Source: Candidatus Babelota bacterium
GTDB lineage: Bacteria > Babelota > Babeliae > Babelales > Vermiphilaceae
Direction of reading: 5' to 3'
Assembly: GCA_029262555.1 (NCBI GenBank)
Contig: JAJCZE010000016.1
Span: 25,129 to 89,128, forward strand
Length of the DNA stretch: 64,000 nucleotides
This document shows, one piece after another, positions 55,374-64,000 of the stretch. The position numbers were made by a program, and so were the translations under genes. The notes under the pieces are model-generated. The model made no database searches. It was not told where the DNA came from and saw nothing but the letters and a program-made list of their open reading frames with translations. Position 1 is the stretch's first letter. Every line of letters begins with the position of its first letter.

Positions 55374-56198
55374 ATGATGAATAAACAGTTTTTAGTATTT
55401 CCTATGATCATTGCAGTGCTAATAGGTGCTCTTTCTGGGTGTATTTCTCAGCAGCATAATAAACAACTACCCACAAGCACGTTCGAAACACCGCGAGAAA
55501 CTCCAAAAATCGTGCGTTCAGAAAAAAATAACATTATTGATTTTTCAATAAAACCACGAGCTGTGCCTGAAATAAAAATAGGTGAATGCGCCTATTGTGG
55601 TAAAGAAACCGAGAATGCATGTGAACGCTGTAAACTTACCTGCTACTGCTCTCAGGAATGCCTAAAATTAAATAAGTGGAAGCACTCAGCAGAATGTGAC
55701 GAAATTAGACAAGCGTATTTTGGCGACTTAGAATGCATGAAAAAGGCTTGCTATGCTTACTTTCGAAAAGCAGCGCTCTCGCCAAATGACTCTTTCTTTT
55801 TGAAACGAGGAATGTCCTGGTTTCAGAGAACTCTTATTAGGTTAAGTCAAGATATCGAATGCTCTAAAGATCCCTCTACCATGGCGGCTATAGAGCAGTT
55901 TTGCATGGAAGTAGGTTCGTTTACTCAGCCACTAGTTAAAAATAATATTTGCACGGAAGAAGATTTGAAAAATCTTGGCAAAGAAGTTTTTTCAGAGAGC
56001 ATTGAATGGGTAGCTCGCATAACTAAAGCAAATATGCTTGTACCGCCTTACGACATAAGAATATATGGGCTTAAAGTATTTAAAAATCCTGAACTTAATA
56101 TTGAAAACGAATTTATACCTAAAAATGAGTGGTATGCTAAGCGCATGAGTGTATTACAAGAATATGAAAAAAGACTGAATGACATCGTGTCTTCATAA
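55374..56198 (+). CDS. Putative lipoprotein with a MYND-type zinc finger
   Basis: Signal peptide with a lipobox (MMNKQFLVFPMIIAVLIGALSGC). CAYCGKETENACERCKLTCYCSQECLKLNKWKHSAEC fits the MYND pattern C-x2-C-x7-C-x2-C-x4-YCS-x2-C-x5-W-x2-H-x3-C. Confidence 0.85.
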   Translation: MMNKQFLVFPMIIAVLIGALSGCISQQHNKQLPTSTFETPRETPKIVRSEKNNIIDFSIKPRAVPEIKIGECAYCGKETENACERCKLTCYCSQECLKLNKWKHSAECDEIRQAYFGDLECMKKACYAYFRKAALSPNDSFFLKRGMSWFQRTLIRLSQDIECSKDPSTMAAIEQFCMEVGSFTQPLVKNNICTEEDLKNLGKEVFSESIEWVARITKANMLVPPYDIRIYGLKVFKNPELNIENEFIPKNEWYAKRMSVLQEYEKRLNDIVSS

Positions 56199-56234
56199 AA
56201 ATGGGTAGATGAATAATAATTGGAAAGGAGTTCC

Positions 56235-56834
56235 GTGAAATGTAAATGGATTATGCTATCACAGCTGCTACTATTCATCATGTCTTTCCCTTTTCTTTTT
56301 CGATATCTCTCATCAAATAAACCAACCCACGACAAGCAGCTTATTGAAAGCATTTCAAAAAAAGAAATTTCCGGCCTTTTGCAAGAAAGCCCCTATGAAC
56401 CAATGGTTGATCTGACGCATAAAACGCGATTGATTCGTTTTTTAATGGAAAATGGGCACACAGATTTTGTATTTGAAAGCCATGATGCAGAGGAAGCTGA
56501 GAAGCTTCGTGATAACCTCAGTCCGGCTCGCCTAGCCTTTGATATGGATGTAATAGATGACGAATATCCCTTAGTAGTCGCATGCTTTTATCGAGAGCAA
56601 TCTCAATATAAGCCATTTTTGACTCAATTGCAGGAACTTGCAAGGCAAAAAGAAGATATTAAGTTTGTCCTTGTTGATGGAGATAAGCTCTTTTCCCTCG
56701 TTGAATGGGCCGCAATTCAGACTTTTCCAACGCTCTTATTCGTCAAAGATGGCGAAATCGTTGATCATTTGGACGATGCTACTATAGAGCAGGTCAGGCC
56801 CAAAATAAACAACCTCGAAGCTAAACAGCCATAA
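56235..56834 (+). CDS. Thioredoxin-fold-like protein lacking the CxxC motif
   Basis: The C-terminal half resembles a thioredoxin fold (PLVVACFYREQSQYKPFLTQLQELARQKEDIKFVLVDGDKLFSLVEWAAIQTFPTLLFVKDGEIV), but REQSQY sits where CxxC would be. The N-terminus is hydrophobic. The start is uncertain (TTG 56220, GTG 56235 or ATG 56253). Confidence 0.55.
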   Translation: MKCKWIMLSQLLLFIMSFPFLFRYLSSNKPTHDKQLIESISKKEISGLLQESPYEPMVDLTHKTRLIRFLMENGHTDFVFESHDAEEAEKLRDNLSPARLAFDMDVIDDEYPLVVACFYREQSQYKPFLTQLQELARQKEDIKFVLVDGDKLFSLVEWAAIQTFPTLLFVKDGEIVDHLDDATIEQVRPKINNLEAKQP

Positions 56835-56925
56835 ATAGACGATTTTATTGCGGTTTTAATCAAACATGATACCATGAAAACTATGGAAAAACCGCCACTG
56901 AAATCGTTTTTGATTGGATATCATT

Positions 56926-58581
56926 ATGAAAGAAATTAAAAACTTATCACAAGAACAAATGCTCCGTGCAGAAAATGCACGGAAAAAAATTCTTTCTCTT
57001 TTTATGCATCGGCATGGTGAGTTGAGTGAGTTTAGTACCCTCACGCGCATTAAGGAGTTGCTAAAAACGCCAGGCCTTGACTTGCAAACTGATCTTCATG
57101 GTACCCTGGCTTCCGCTCTCGAGTCGGCTATGGTGTTTTTTTCAGAAGCTGTGAAACTCATTCTTCCTTATCTTTCTTCCCAACAAATACTTTCTTACTC
57201 AAACATACATGGACGCACACTGTTAATGAGTGCAGCACAATTTGACCGAAACGGTGAGGTGACTCAGTTAATTCTAGATGCTGGAGCAACGGCTGAGTAT
57301 GTTAATGCAAAAACTGAACTTGGCACAACAGCGCTTCATTTTGCCTGTCGAGAAGGAAATTTTGATGCAGTGAAACTTTTGGCTCCGCATATATCGGCTG
57401 GAGAAATTGTTGCGAAAGACAAAACAGCTTTTTCGCCCCTGATGATTGCCGCAGCACAAGGGTATGAACACATTGTGCAGTTTTTGGTTCAGGCCGGAAT
57501 TAGCGGGAAAATCGCATCCGATTTTGATGATGACCTTGCAATCGAAAGCGCATTAGGTATGGCCGCGGTACATGGAAACTTCGAATGTACTCGGGTGCTA
57601 TTGCAAGATGGAATAAACGGGATAACTCCCGAGCTTATTTGCAAAAAAGACTCATTGGGAAGAACGATCTTTTCAGAAACCGCACTTTATGGGCACGTTG
57701 ATGTTGTGTCTCTTCTTATTGATCGAGGCTTAACGGGCGATCAGATAAATATTCAAAACAATGAGGGTTTCACGCCACTTATGAGTGCTGCTTATGATGG
57801 CAATCTCGACATGGTTGAGCGATTGCTACCTCATTTGCACGCAACACATCTTCAGGCGAAAAATGATGATGATAAGACGGCGTTAGATTTGGCGGTAGAT
57901 CAAGGACATGCTGATGTTGCAAGCATGCTGGTAACTGCGCTGCACAAAAAAACATGCGAAGAGACTGTTTTTCCAATCTTGCGAACTGTCGCTAAATCAA
58001 ACAATGCGGATATGCTTTTAAATCTGTGGAGTACTGGATTTGTTCAAGATCATCTTGAGTATCAAGACAAAGAGGGATTGAACCTACTCATGATAGCGGC
58101 AGCTCATGGAGCTACAGATGTAATGAAGATTCTGATTGAATATCACAATGATTTCAGCTTAAAAAAAACCACGATAGACGGAAAAACAGCACTCATGTAT
58201 GCAATTCAAACCGGCATACATGATTCAGTTAAGATGTTGCTGGATGCGGGGGCCTCTTTAGATTGTCATGATGTTACAGGAGAAACACCCTTAATGATGG
58301 CAGCGCGATGGGACAAAGAAATGGTGCAGCTTTTACTTGATAGCGGGCTGACGTACGAAGATATTTCGTGGCACGATAATTATGGACACACTGCGCTTAT
58401 GAATGCAGCTGAATCGGGAGATGCGCAAACAATACGCCTTCTTCTCGATTCCGGATTGACTCTCAAAGATATCAATCGGACAGATGGTACCTCTGGTATG
58501 GCAGCTATCGACTATGCAGAAACAGATGAAATTAAGCGCCTTATTCAAGATCGATTAGATGAATTAACAGAAAAAGCATAA
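56926..58581 (+). CDS. Ankyrin-repeat protein (array member 1)
   Basis: More than 10 ANK units (for example GTTALHFACREGNFDAVKLL and FTPLMSAAYDGNLDMVERLL). C-terminal motif AIDYAETDEIKRLIQDRL. ATG at 56926. The stop overlaps the next start (TAATG). Confidence 0.9.
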   Translation: MKEIKNLSQEQMLRAENARKKILSLFMHRHGELSEFSTLTRIKELLKTPGLDLQTDLHGTLASALESAMVFFSEAVKLILPYLSSQQILSYSNIHGRTLLMSAAQFDRNGEVTQLILDAGATAEYVNAKTELGTTALHFACREGNFDAVKLLAPHISAGEIVAKDKTAFSPLMIAAAQGYEHIVQFLVQAGISGKIASDFDDDLAIESALGMAAVHGNFECTRVLLQDGINGITPELICKKDSLGRTIFSETALYGHVDVVSLLIDRGLTGDQINIQNNEGFTPLMSAAYDGNLDMVERLLPHLHATHLQAKNDDDKTALDLAVDQGHADVASMLVTALHKKTCEETVFPILRTVAKSNNADMLLNLWSTGFVQDHLEYQDKEGLNLLMIAAAHGATDVMKILIEYHNDFSLKKTTIDGKTALMYAIQTGIHDSVKMLLDAGASLDCHDVTGETPLMMAARWDKEMVQLLLDSGLTYEDISWHDNYGHTALMNAAESGDAQTIRLLLDSGLTLKDINRTDGTSGMAAIDYAETDEIKRLIQDRLDELTEKA

Positions 58582-60263
58582 TGTCCAAACACCCTGTAAA
58601 CCACTCACAATTACATCCTGATAAAGCAAGTAAAGCACTCTTGCGTGCAAGTCAAAGCGGGGATCTGCAAAAAGTTAAAGCCCTTTTGAACGTTCCTGGT
58701 ATTGATTTCAATGCTCAAGATGAAGATGGTGATACTCCGTTGATGCTTGCATGCCTAGAAGGCCATGTTGAAATCGTTTCGCTATTATTGAAACATGGAC
58801 CACAATCACAACTAAATCTGCGCGATCACGAACAGGAAACCGCTTTGTTTTTAGCGGCAGGACAAGGACATTTAGACGTTATTAAAATAATATTAGATTG
58901 CAACCTTTCGCCTGAACAACTCAATGCGCAATGCGATATAGGAATGACGCCCTTGATTATCAGCATTACAGAAGGTCATTCTGCCATTGCATCCCTTTTA
59001 ATTTCTCGATTATCACCAGCACAGCTCTCGATTCAAGACAATACAGGAATGACGTCGCTGATGTATGCACTAAGTAAAGGCAATACCGAAATTGCAAAAA
59101 TGATTTTAGCTGCTGTGATGGATGCCAAACAGCTATCAATTCAATGTGAAGAGGGATGGACTGCATTGATGTGGGCAAGTATGCAAAAAGAAGATGACAT
59201 CATCAACCTTCTTCTGGATGCGGGCTTATCACCAGAGCAAGTCAACTTAGAAAATAAGCGTAGTCGAACCGCTTTGATGATAGCAACGCATGCGGGACAT
59301 CTAAAAATAGTAGAATCTTTTTTAAAAAAAATTGATTCAAGCGAAATCATTCGTGCCAATAAATATGGCGAAACGGCACTTTTAATGTCTGCGCGAATGG
59401 GTAACGCAAAATGTATTACATTGCTTCTTGAATATCTTGATGAAGATCAGGTGCGTGATCATGGAATACGGCCATTAATTGATGCTATATGGTATCAATA
59501 TATCGATATTGTAAAATTACTCGTTGATGCAGGGATTGATCAAAAAGATATTTTAACGCCCTATAAAAAAAGTAAGCCCGACCCATCACCCTTGCTCTAT
59601 TCAATTGCTAAAGGAAATGAACAAATTATTCAAACGTTACTTTCAAAAATATCCTCTATAAAAAAAATCGACGAAGCTATCGTGAAAACTCATCTACTCA
59701 AAGCAATTGAAGTTGGAAGTATGGATGCATTTGAGTATTTTTTGCCACACATATCCAAATCTGAATTGTGCGCCTCGTCGAGACTCCAAAACGATAGAAA
59801 CCCCTATCTAATGGCTGCTATTAATCATAATCAAGTGGTAATGGTAGAACGACTTTTAAAAGAAGGGGTCCCTGCGGGAGGCTGGCACTATCATTATTAT
59901 CACGAATGGCTTGATGAAAATTCTGAATCTTCTCCAGCGCTATTTACTGCTACGCAAAAAGGGTATGTCGAAATAGTAAAACTTCTTCTTGAAAAAGTAT
60001 CATTAGCGCAGGTAGGACATCATATATGGGATAGTTATCACAATCCCGGTGATGATCAATGCTGTAGCGAATATTTGGATGGCACTACGGCTCTTATGGC
60101 CGCCGCTCAAAATGGACACTTTGAAGTTGTAGCATTACTTCTCGATGCAGGGTTAAATCAAGAGCATATTCTTTATGAGGATAATAACTTTAAAACTGCT
60201 TTAGATTTAGCTGCAACAGATGAAATAAAAAAGTTGATTGAAGAGAGACTAAAAGAACAATAG
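58581..60263 (+). CDS. Ankyrin-repeat protein (array member 2)
   Basis: Multiple ANK units (DGDTPLMLACLEGHVEIVSLLLKHG and others). C-terminal motif ALDLAATDEIKKLIEERL. Confidence 0.9.
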   Translation: MSKHPVNHSQLHPDKASKALLRASQSGDLQKVKALLNVPGIDFNAQDEDGDTPLMLACLEGHVEIVSLLLKHGPQSQLNLRDHEQETALFLAAGQGHLDVIKIILDCNLSPEQLNAQCDIGMTPLIISITEGHSAIASLLISRLSPAQLSIQDNTGMTSLMYALSKGNTEIAKMILAAVMDAKQLSIQCEEGWTALMWASMQKEDDIINLLLDAGLSPEQVNLENKRSRTALMIATHAGHLKIVESFLKKIDSSEIIRANKYGETALLMSARMGNAKCITLLLEYLDEDQVRDHGIRPLIDAIWYQYIDIVKLLVDAGIDQKDILTPYKKSKPDPSPLLYSIAKGNEQIIQTLLSKISSIKKIDEAIVKTHLLKAIEVGSMDAFEYFLPHISKSELCASSRLQNDRNPYLMAAINHNQVVMVERLLKEGVPAGGWHYHYYHEWLDENSESSPALFTATQKGYVEIVKLLLEKVSLAQVGHHIWDSYHNPGDDQCCSEYLDGTTALMAAAQNGHFEVVALLLDAGLNQEHILYEDNNFKTALDLAATDEIKKLIEERLKEQ

Positions 60264-60273
60264 TGAGACTTGA

Positions 60274-61665
60274 ATGGGACTAGGTGTACAAGATTCAATA
60301 AAGCGATATTTTAAAGCTATTGCGGATGTAGATAGCAAAAAATGCCTTTTTTTATTAAAGGTGTCCGCATTACAACAAAAGCCATTTTGGGAAGGAGTTA
60401 AGGGGGAGTGTAACACGACAGTTTTGATGGCGGCAGCAAGAAAGGGTTTTTTTAACATTGTAAAGTTGATAGTGGAATCGGGGGCAAATGTTAATGCTAA
60501 AAGCAGTTCTGGCTGGACAGCTTTAATGTCTGCTGCATGCAATCTAGAGGTTTTAAAATATTTAGTAGATGCCGGAGCCGAAGTCAATGCACAAAATGAT
60601 TGTGGCGAGACGGCGTTGATCATTGCGGCAGGATGTGGGCAACTTGAAATTGTAAAGTATTTACTCCAAGTTGGAGCCGATCTTGACGCACAAACTGATT
60701 GTGGCGAAACGGCTTTGATCTGTGCGGCAGAGTATGGGCATCTTGAAACTATAAAATATTTATTGCATGTGGGAGCCAATCTTGATGCTAAAGATAAAGG
60801 TGGCAAGACAGCTTTAGATCGAGCATTGGCGAAAAAAGAGCAAGAGGCTGCAGAATTACTAATCCAGGCATCGTCAGGTGCCGACTCTAGAAAGAATGGT
60901 TGTAGCAATGCCTTATTGGATGCATTGTGCCGGGAAAGACTTGTAGATGATATTGAGGACCTAGGGGCATTATTCAAGAAAATTAAATATCTCTTGAAAT
61001 CAGGAGCCGATGTTGATGCTAAAGATGGGGATGACAAAACAGTTTTAATCCGGCTTGCATCGATAAAAGATTCATTGATTGGAGAAGGGGATTTACAAGA
61101 GATTGTAGAGTTTCTATTACAGGCGGGTGCCGATATTAACGCTAAAGACAGGAATGGGGATTCAGCTTTAAAGCTGGCTATGCTGAACAGATATTGGAAT
61201 ATTGCAAAACTTTTCATTCAGGCTGGTGCAAATGCCTACTCGAAAGACGCCCAGGAGGATACCATTATGAAGTGGGCTATATTGCATGAGAGTTATTTGG
61301 TGGAGGATATGTTTCAATCTGGAGCTGATATTAATTATAAAGATGATTATGGAATGACCCCGCTGATGTATGCTGCACGATCAAAGGATCATTATTGCGC
61401 TTTAACTGTTACATTTTTATTGGAGAACGGTGCGCATATAAATGAAAAAGACAATAATGGATGGACTGCGTTGATGCATAATGCTGCAACTCATTCAGTT
61501 GCTGTGCCGGATAAATTTCCTGCGCCTTGGGGGGATAAATTAGAGGTTGCAAAACGTTTTTTGCGGGCTGAAGCAGATCCCAACGTTAAAGACCATAAAG
61601 GACAGAGTGCACTTGATTTAGCTGCGACAGATGAAATAAAGAAGTTGATTGAAGATAAGTTGTAA
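60274..61665 (+). CDS. Ankyrin-repeat protein (array member 3)
   Basis: Multiple ANK units, including two adjacent 99-bp units that are highly similar at the DNA level. C-terminal motif ALDLAATDEIKKLIEDKL. Confidence 0.9.
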   Translation: MGLGVQDSIKRYFKAIADVDSKKCLFLLKVSALQQKPFWEGVKGECNTTVLMAAARKGFFNIVKLIVESGANVNAKSSSGWTALMSAACNLEVLKYLVDAGAEVNAQNDCGETALIIAAGCGQLEIVKYLLQVGADLDAQTDCGETALICAAEYGHLETIKYLLHVGANLDAKDKGGKTALDRALAKKEQEAAELLIQASSGADSRKNGCSNALLDALCRERLVDDIEDLGALFKKIKYLLKSGADVDAKDGDDKTVLIRLASIKDSLIGEGDLQEIVEFLLQAGADINAKDRNGDSALKLAMLNRYWNIAKLFIQAGANAYSKDAQEDTIMKWAILHESYLVEDMFQSGADINYKDDYGMTPLMYAARSKDHYCALTVTFLLENGAHINEKDNNGWTALMHNAATHSVAVPDKFPAPWGDKLEVAKRFLRAEADPNVKDHKGQSALDLAATDEIKKLIEDKL

Positions 61666-61684
61666 GAACAGCAGGGGAGATTGA

Positions 61685-64000
61685 ATGGGACCAAGTATGA
61701 ACGATAAAATCAATGATATGCTCCTTGCGATACAGGCGGGTGACATTAGAACCGCTTTAAATTTATTGCAAGCATCAAATCTGGATGTAAATGTAGCGAA
61801 TGCGATTGGCTATACTCCTTTATTGATAGCGGCTGAAAATGGTCATTGTGAAATTGTAGAACTGTTACTACAAAAGGGCGCTGAAGTTAACCATCAAGAT
61901 AGAAACGGCTACAGTGCTTTGATGTTTGCTGCCTTTCTTGGTCACGAAAAAATGGTTGAGGTGCTTTTGAATGCGGGAGCGCAAGTAAATGATAAAAACA
62001 ATCGCAACTTAACTCCTTTGTTATTAGCAATGGAAGGACACAAGGCGGAGATTTCCGAAGGCAAAACTAATTGCTATCACTTGAACGTTTTTGAGTTATT
62101 ATTGCGAAAAGGTGCGGATGCAAATTCACAATACTCAAAAAAGCATGCATCTCGAACAGAATACATACTTGAAGTAGCTATTGAGTTTGGAGACAATGAA
62201 ATCACATCTTTGCTTTTACAATATGGCGCCAATCCAACGTATGCCTTGCACGAAGTTGTGAGGCGAGGGGATATAAAGAAGGTGAGATTGCTATTGGGCT
62301 GGGGTGCCGATATAAATGATAACCGAATGAGATCAGTTCTTGCATCAGCGATTGACAATGATCGTGAAGAGATCATTGAAATTTTGCTACAAGAAGGAGT
62401 CCGCTGTGAACTTGGAACATTAATATCTACAATAAAAGTTGGAAAAATATCTCTCCTAGGGAGACTTGTCGAAACAATGGGGCTGTCTGCACAGGAACGA
62501 TTAGAGTTAATTACTTTTTGTATTACACATAATTATCATGACATAGCAAAAAATCTTCTGACAAGGTTGAGCGATGAGGAATTGCAAGCTCAGGGTAAAA
62601 ATGGTGAATCACTATTAATTAGGGCGATAAAAGATGGAAACTCATCACTTGCAGAACAGATTATTTCGCGCGTTTCAGTTACACATTGCTCACTGAAAGA
62701 CCATACAGGAAAAACGGCGCTTATGTGGGCAGCGATAAGAGGCCTTATTACAGTAGTAAAGCAACTTTTTCTTATTTTGGAATCAAATGATACTGTATCA
62801 ACAGATGAAGATGGAAAAACAGCTCTAATGTTTGCACTTTGTGCGGGGCACGTTGAAGTATTTGAACTGCTGAATAATTGTAAGGATGAAAAAATTGAAG
62901 GTACTCTTGAAGTGCTGAAAGATGTTATTCAAAAATCAAACTACGACCTCCTTTCATTTTATGACAATTCATTTTTTGAAAATATTGAATCATTTAACAA
63001 GGCAAAAAACGAATTTATTGCTGCGGAAAAAGGTCGGAAAGAACTTGTTCGAAAATTGTTGGAAGATAAATTTCCAGAAAAAAATTGGCATTGGAATGAT
63101 CTAGCATCTTTATGTGTGCAAGCGGGCTTGCAGCAAGAAGATATTTGGGCAAAGCAGGAAGAGCAGCTTGTCAGAAGCGCCCTGTTTGGTGCAACCGAAA
63201 ATGGGGACTTAGAGTTGTTTACTTCTCTTTTAAGGAGGCTTAGTCCGCAACAATTACACTTGCAAGATGGTATTGGAAAGTCAATCCTTATGAGACTAAT
63301 TGATTGGGTTGCTTATGAAGAAGAGGCGGAAAAAATGTTGGAGCAGCTTTTTCAGCATCTGGAAAAACATGCTCCACAGGTATTGATTATTCAAGACGAA
63401 GTGGGGCGTACCGCATTGCATTATGCCGCATGGTTACGTCACTATGACATTGTAAGATACTTAATTTCGCGTTTACCTCGCGAGCAACTATGCATACAAG
63501 ATAAATTTGGCATCACACCAATTCAAGCTTCTGTTTGCTATATGGATAGAAATAATATCGAAGATATAGAGGTGCGAATAGTCGAATTATTTTTTAATGC
63601 CGGCTTATCTCGTGATCAGCTAAATAGTAAAGATAGCTATGGATGGTCTCCTTTCATGTGGGCGCTCATTGTACCTGAGGAGGAAGGAGTTGAAAAACTA
63701 AAAGAATTGTTTTTCAACGCAGGGTTTACCTGGGAGGATGTTTCAGCTGCATCACAGGACAAAGAGAATTTCACAGTACTTGGGTGCCTTATGGAGTCTG
63801 GAAAATTAGAGTGGGTACAAGCACTAGTTGAAAAAACTTCTTCGGAAGTCGTTTCAATCTCGGCATATATTGGAGAGGCGCTAATAAAGGCTACTAAACG
63901 AAAAGATTTCGATAAAATTTTTGAAATTGTTGCACATAAAGATCCCCACTCTGATTGGGCATCAATTCGAAATAAATATGGTGAGACAGTGTTAATGCAT
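61685..64000 (+). CDS. Large ankyrin-repeat protein (array member 4), 3' end outside the window
   Basis: It is absent from the ORF track because no stop occurs. I translated 61685-64000 codon by codon and found 772 sense codons with no stop (MGPSMNDKINDMLLAIQAGD...YGETVLMH). ANK units include GYTPLLIAAENGHCEIVELLLQKGAEVN. Its start context (GAGATTGAATGGGAC) mirrors that of the preceding gene (GAGACTTGAATGGGAC). Confidence 0.88.
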   Translation, partial: MGPSMNDKINDMLLAIQAGDIRTALNLLQASNLDVNVANAIGYTPLLIAAENGHCEIVELLLQKGAEVNHQDRNGYSALMFAAFLGHEKMVEVLLNAGAQVNDKNNRNLTPLLLAMEGHKAEISEGKTNCYHLNVFELLLRKGADANSQYSKKHASRTEYILEVAIEFGDNEITSLLLQYGANPTYALHEVVRRGDIKKVRLLLGWGADINDNRMRSVLASAIDNDREEIIEILLQEGVRCELGTLISTIKVGKISLLGRLVETMGLSAQERLELITFCITHNYHDIAKNLLTRLSDEELQAQGKNGESLLIRAIKDGNSSLAEQIISRVSVTHCSLKDHTGKTALMWAAIRGLITVVKQLFLILESNDTVSTDEDGKTALMFALCAGHVEVFELLNNCKDEKIEGTLEVLKDVIQKSNYDLLSFYDNSFFENIESFNKAKNEFIAAEKGRKELVRKLLEDKFPEKNWHWNDLASLCVQAGLQQEDIWAKQEEQLVRSALFGATENGDLELFTSLLRRLSPQQLHLQDGIGKSILMRLIDWVAYEEEAEKMLEQLFQHLEKHAPQVLIIQDEVGRTALHYAAWLRHYDIVRYLISRLPREQLCIQDKFGITPIQASVCYMDRNNIEDIEVRIVELFFNAGLSRDQLNSKDSYGWSPFMWALIVPEEEGVEKLKELFFNAGFTWEDVSAASQDKENFTVLGCLMESGKLEWVQALVEKTSSEVVSISAYIGEALIKATKRKDFDKIFEIVAHKDPHSDWASIRNKYGETVLMH

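Noticed and set aside
60249-61217. A 322-aa ORF on the minus strand, antisense to the third ankyrin gene of the array.
   Set aside because: Its translation is Ser/Ala/Pro/Phe-rich and low-complexity, with no start context. Long antisense frames are a common by-product of the periodic codon composition of ANK repeats. The plus-strand ANK reading frame is unambiguous.

Overview
This 64 kb bacterial window has moderate to low GC and mixes conserved housekeeping genes with several accessory islands.

Housekeeping genes: dsbD (runs off the 5' edge), hpf, der, dnaX, SRP RNA, tRNA-Ser, rpsB, lon, cmk, recJ, lysS, sod, an ABC-F ATPase, ftsB, rapZ, ctp, ogt, glmS, rpsI, dksA, tadA, gyrB and tilS.

Lifestyle (inference from gene content only): the content looks like an obligate intracellular, protist- or amoeba-associated bacterium, for example Dependentiae/TM6-like or a similar symbiont. 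The evidence is:
- two tandem ATP/ADP translocase (NTT/Tlc) genes;
- a secreted, eukaryote-type cPLA2-like phospholipase;
- a MYND zinc-finger lipoprotein;
- seven ankyrin-repeat genes. Four are in one head-to-tail array at the 3' end, and the last runs off the window.

Most unusual loci:
1. 26.1-30.9 kb: a translationally coupled five-gene cassette. It encodes a membrane-anchored AAA+ ATPase, a 731-aa protein with a small toxin-like C-terminal module, two paralogous immunity-like genes and a 2-TM membrane protein.
2. 50.1-53.6 kb: an operon of two COG3541/pfam10127 nucleotidyltransferases plus unknown genes. A GNAT gene bracketed by 168-bp direct repeats appears to have been inserted into it.
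3. 40.1-43.0 kb: an ankyrin gene bracketed by 52-bp direct repeats that duplicate the 3' end of dksA.
4. A palindromic dispersed element. One copy supplies the C-terminus of a gene.
5. A possible slippery A7 run in dnaX at the expected gamma/tau boundary.

I recognised no transposase, integrase, CRISPR array or rRNA. Every call rests on reading the sequence and ORF translations by eye. No database search was run.
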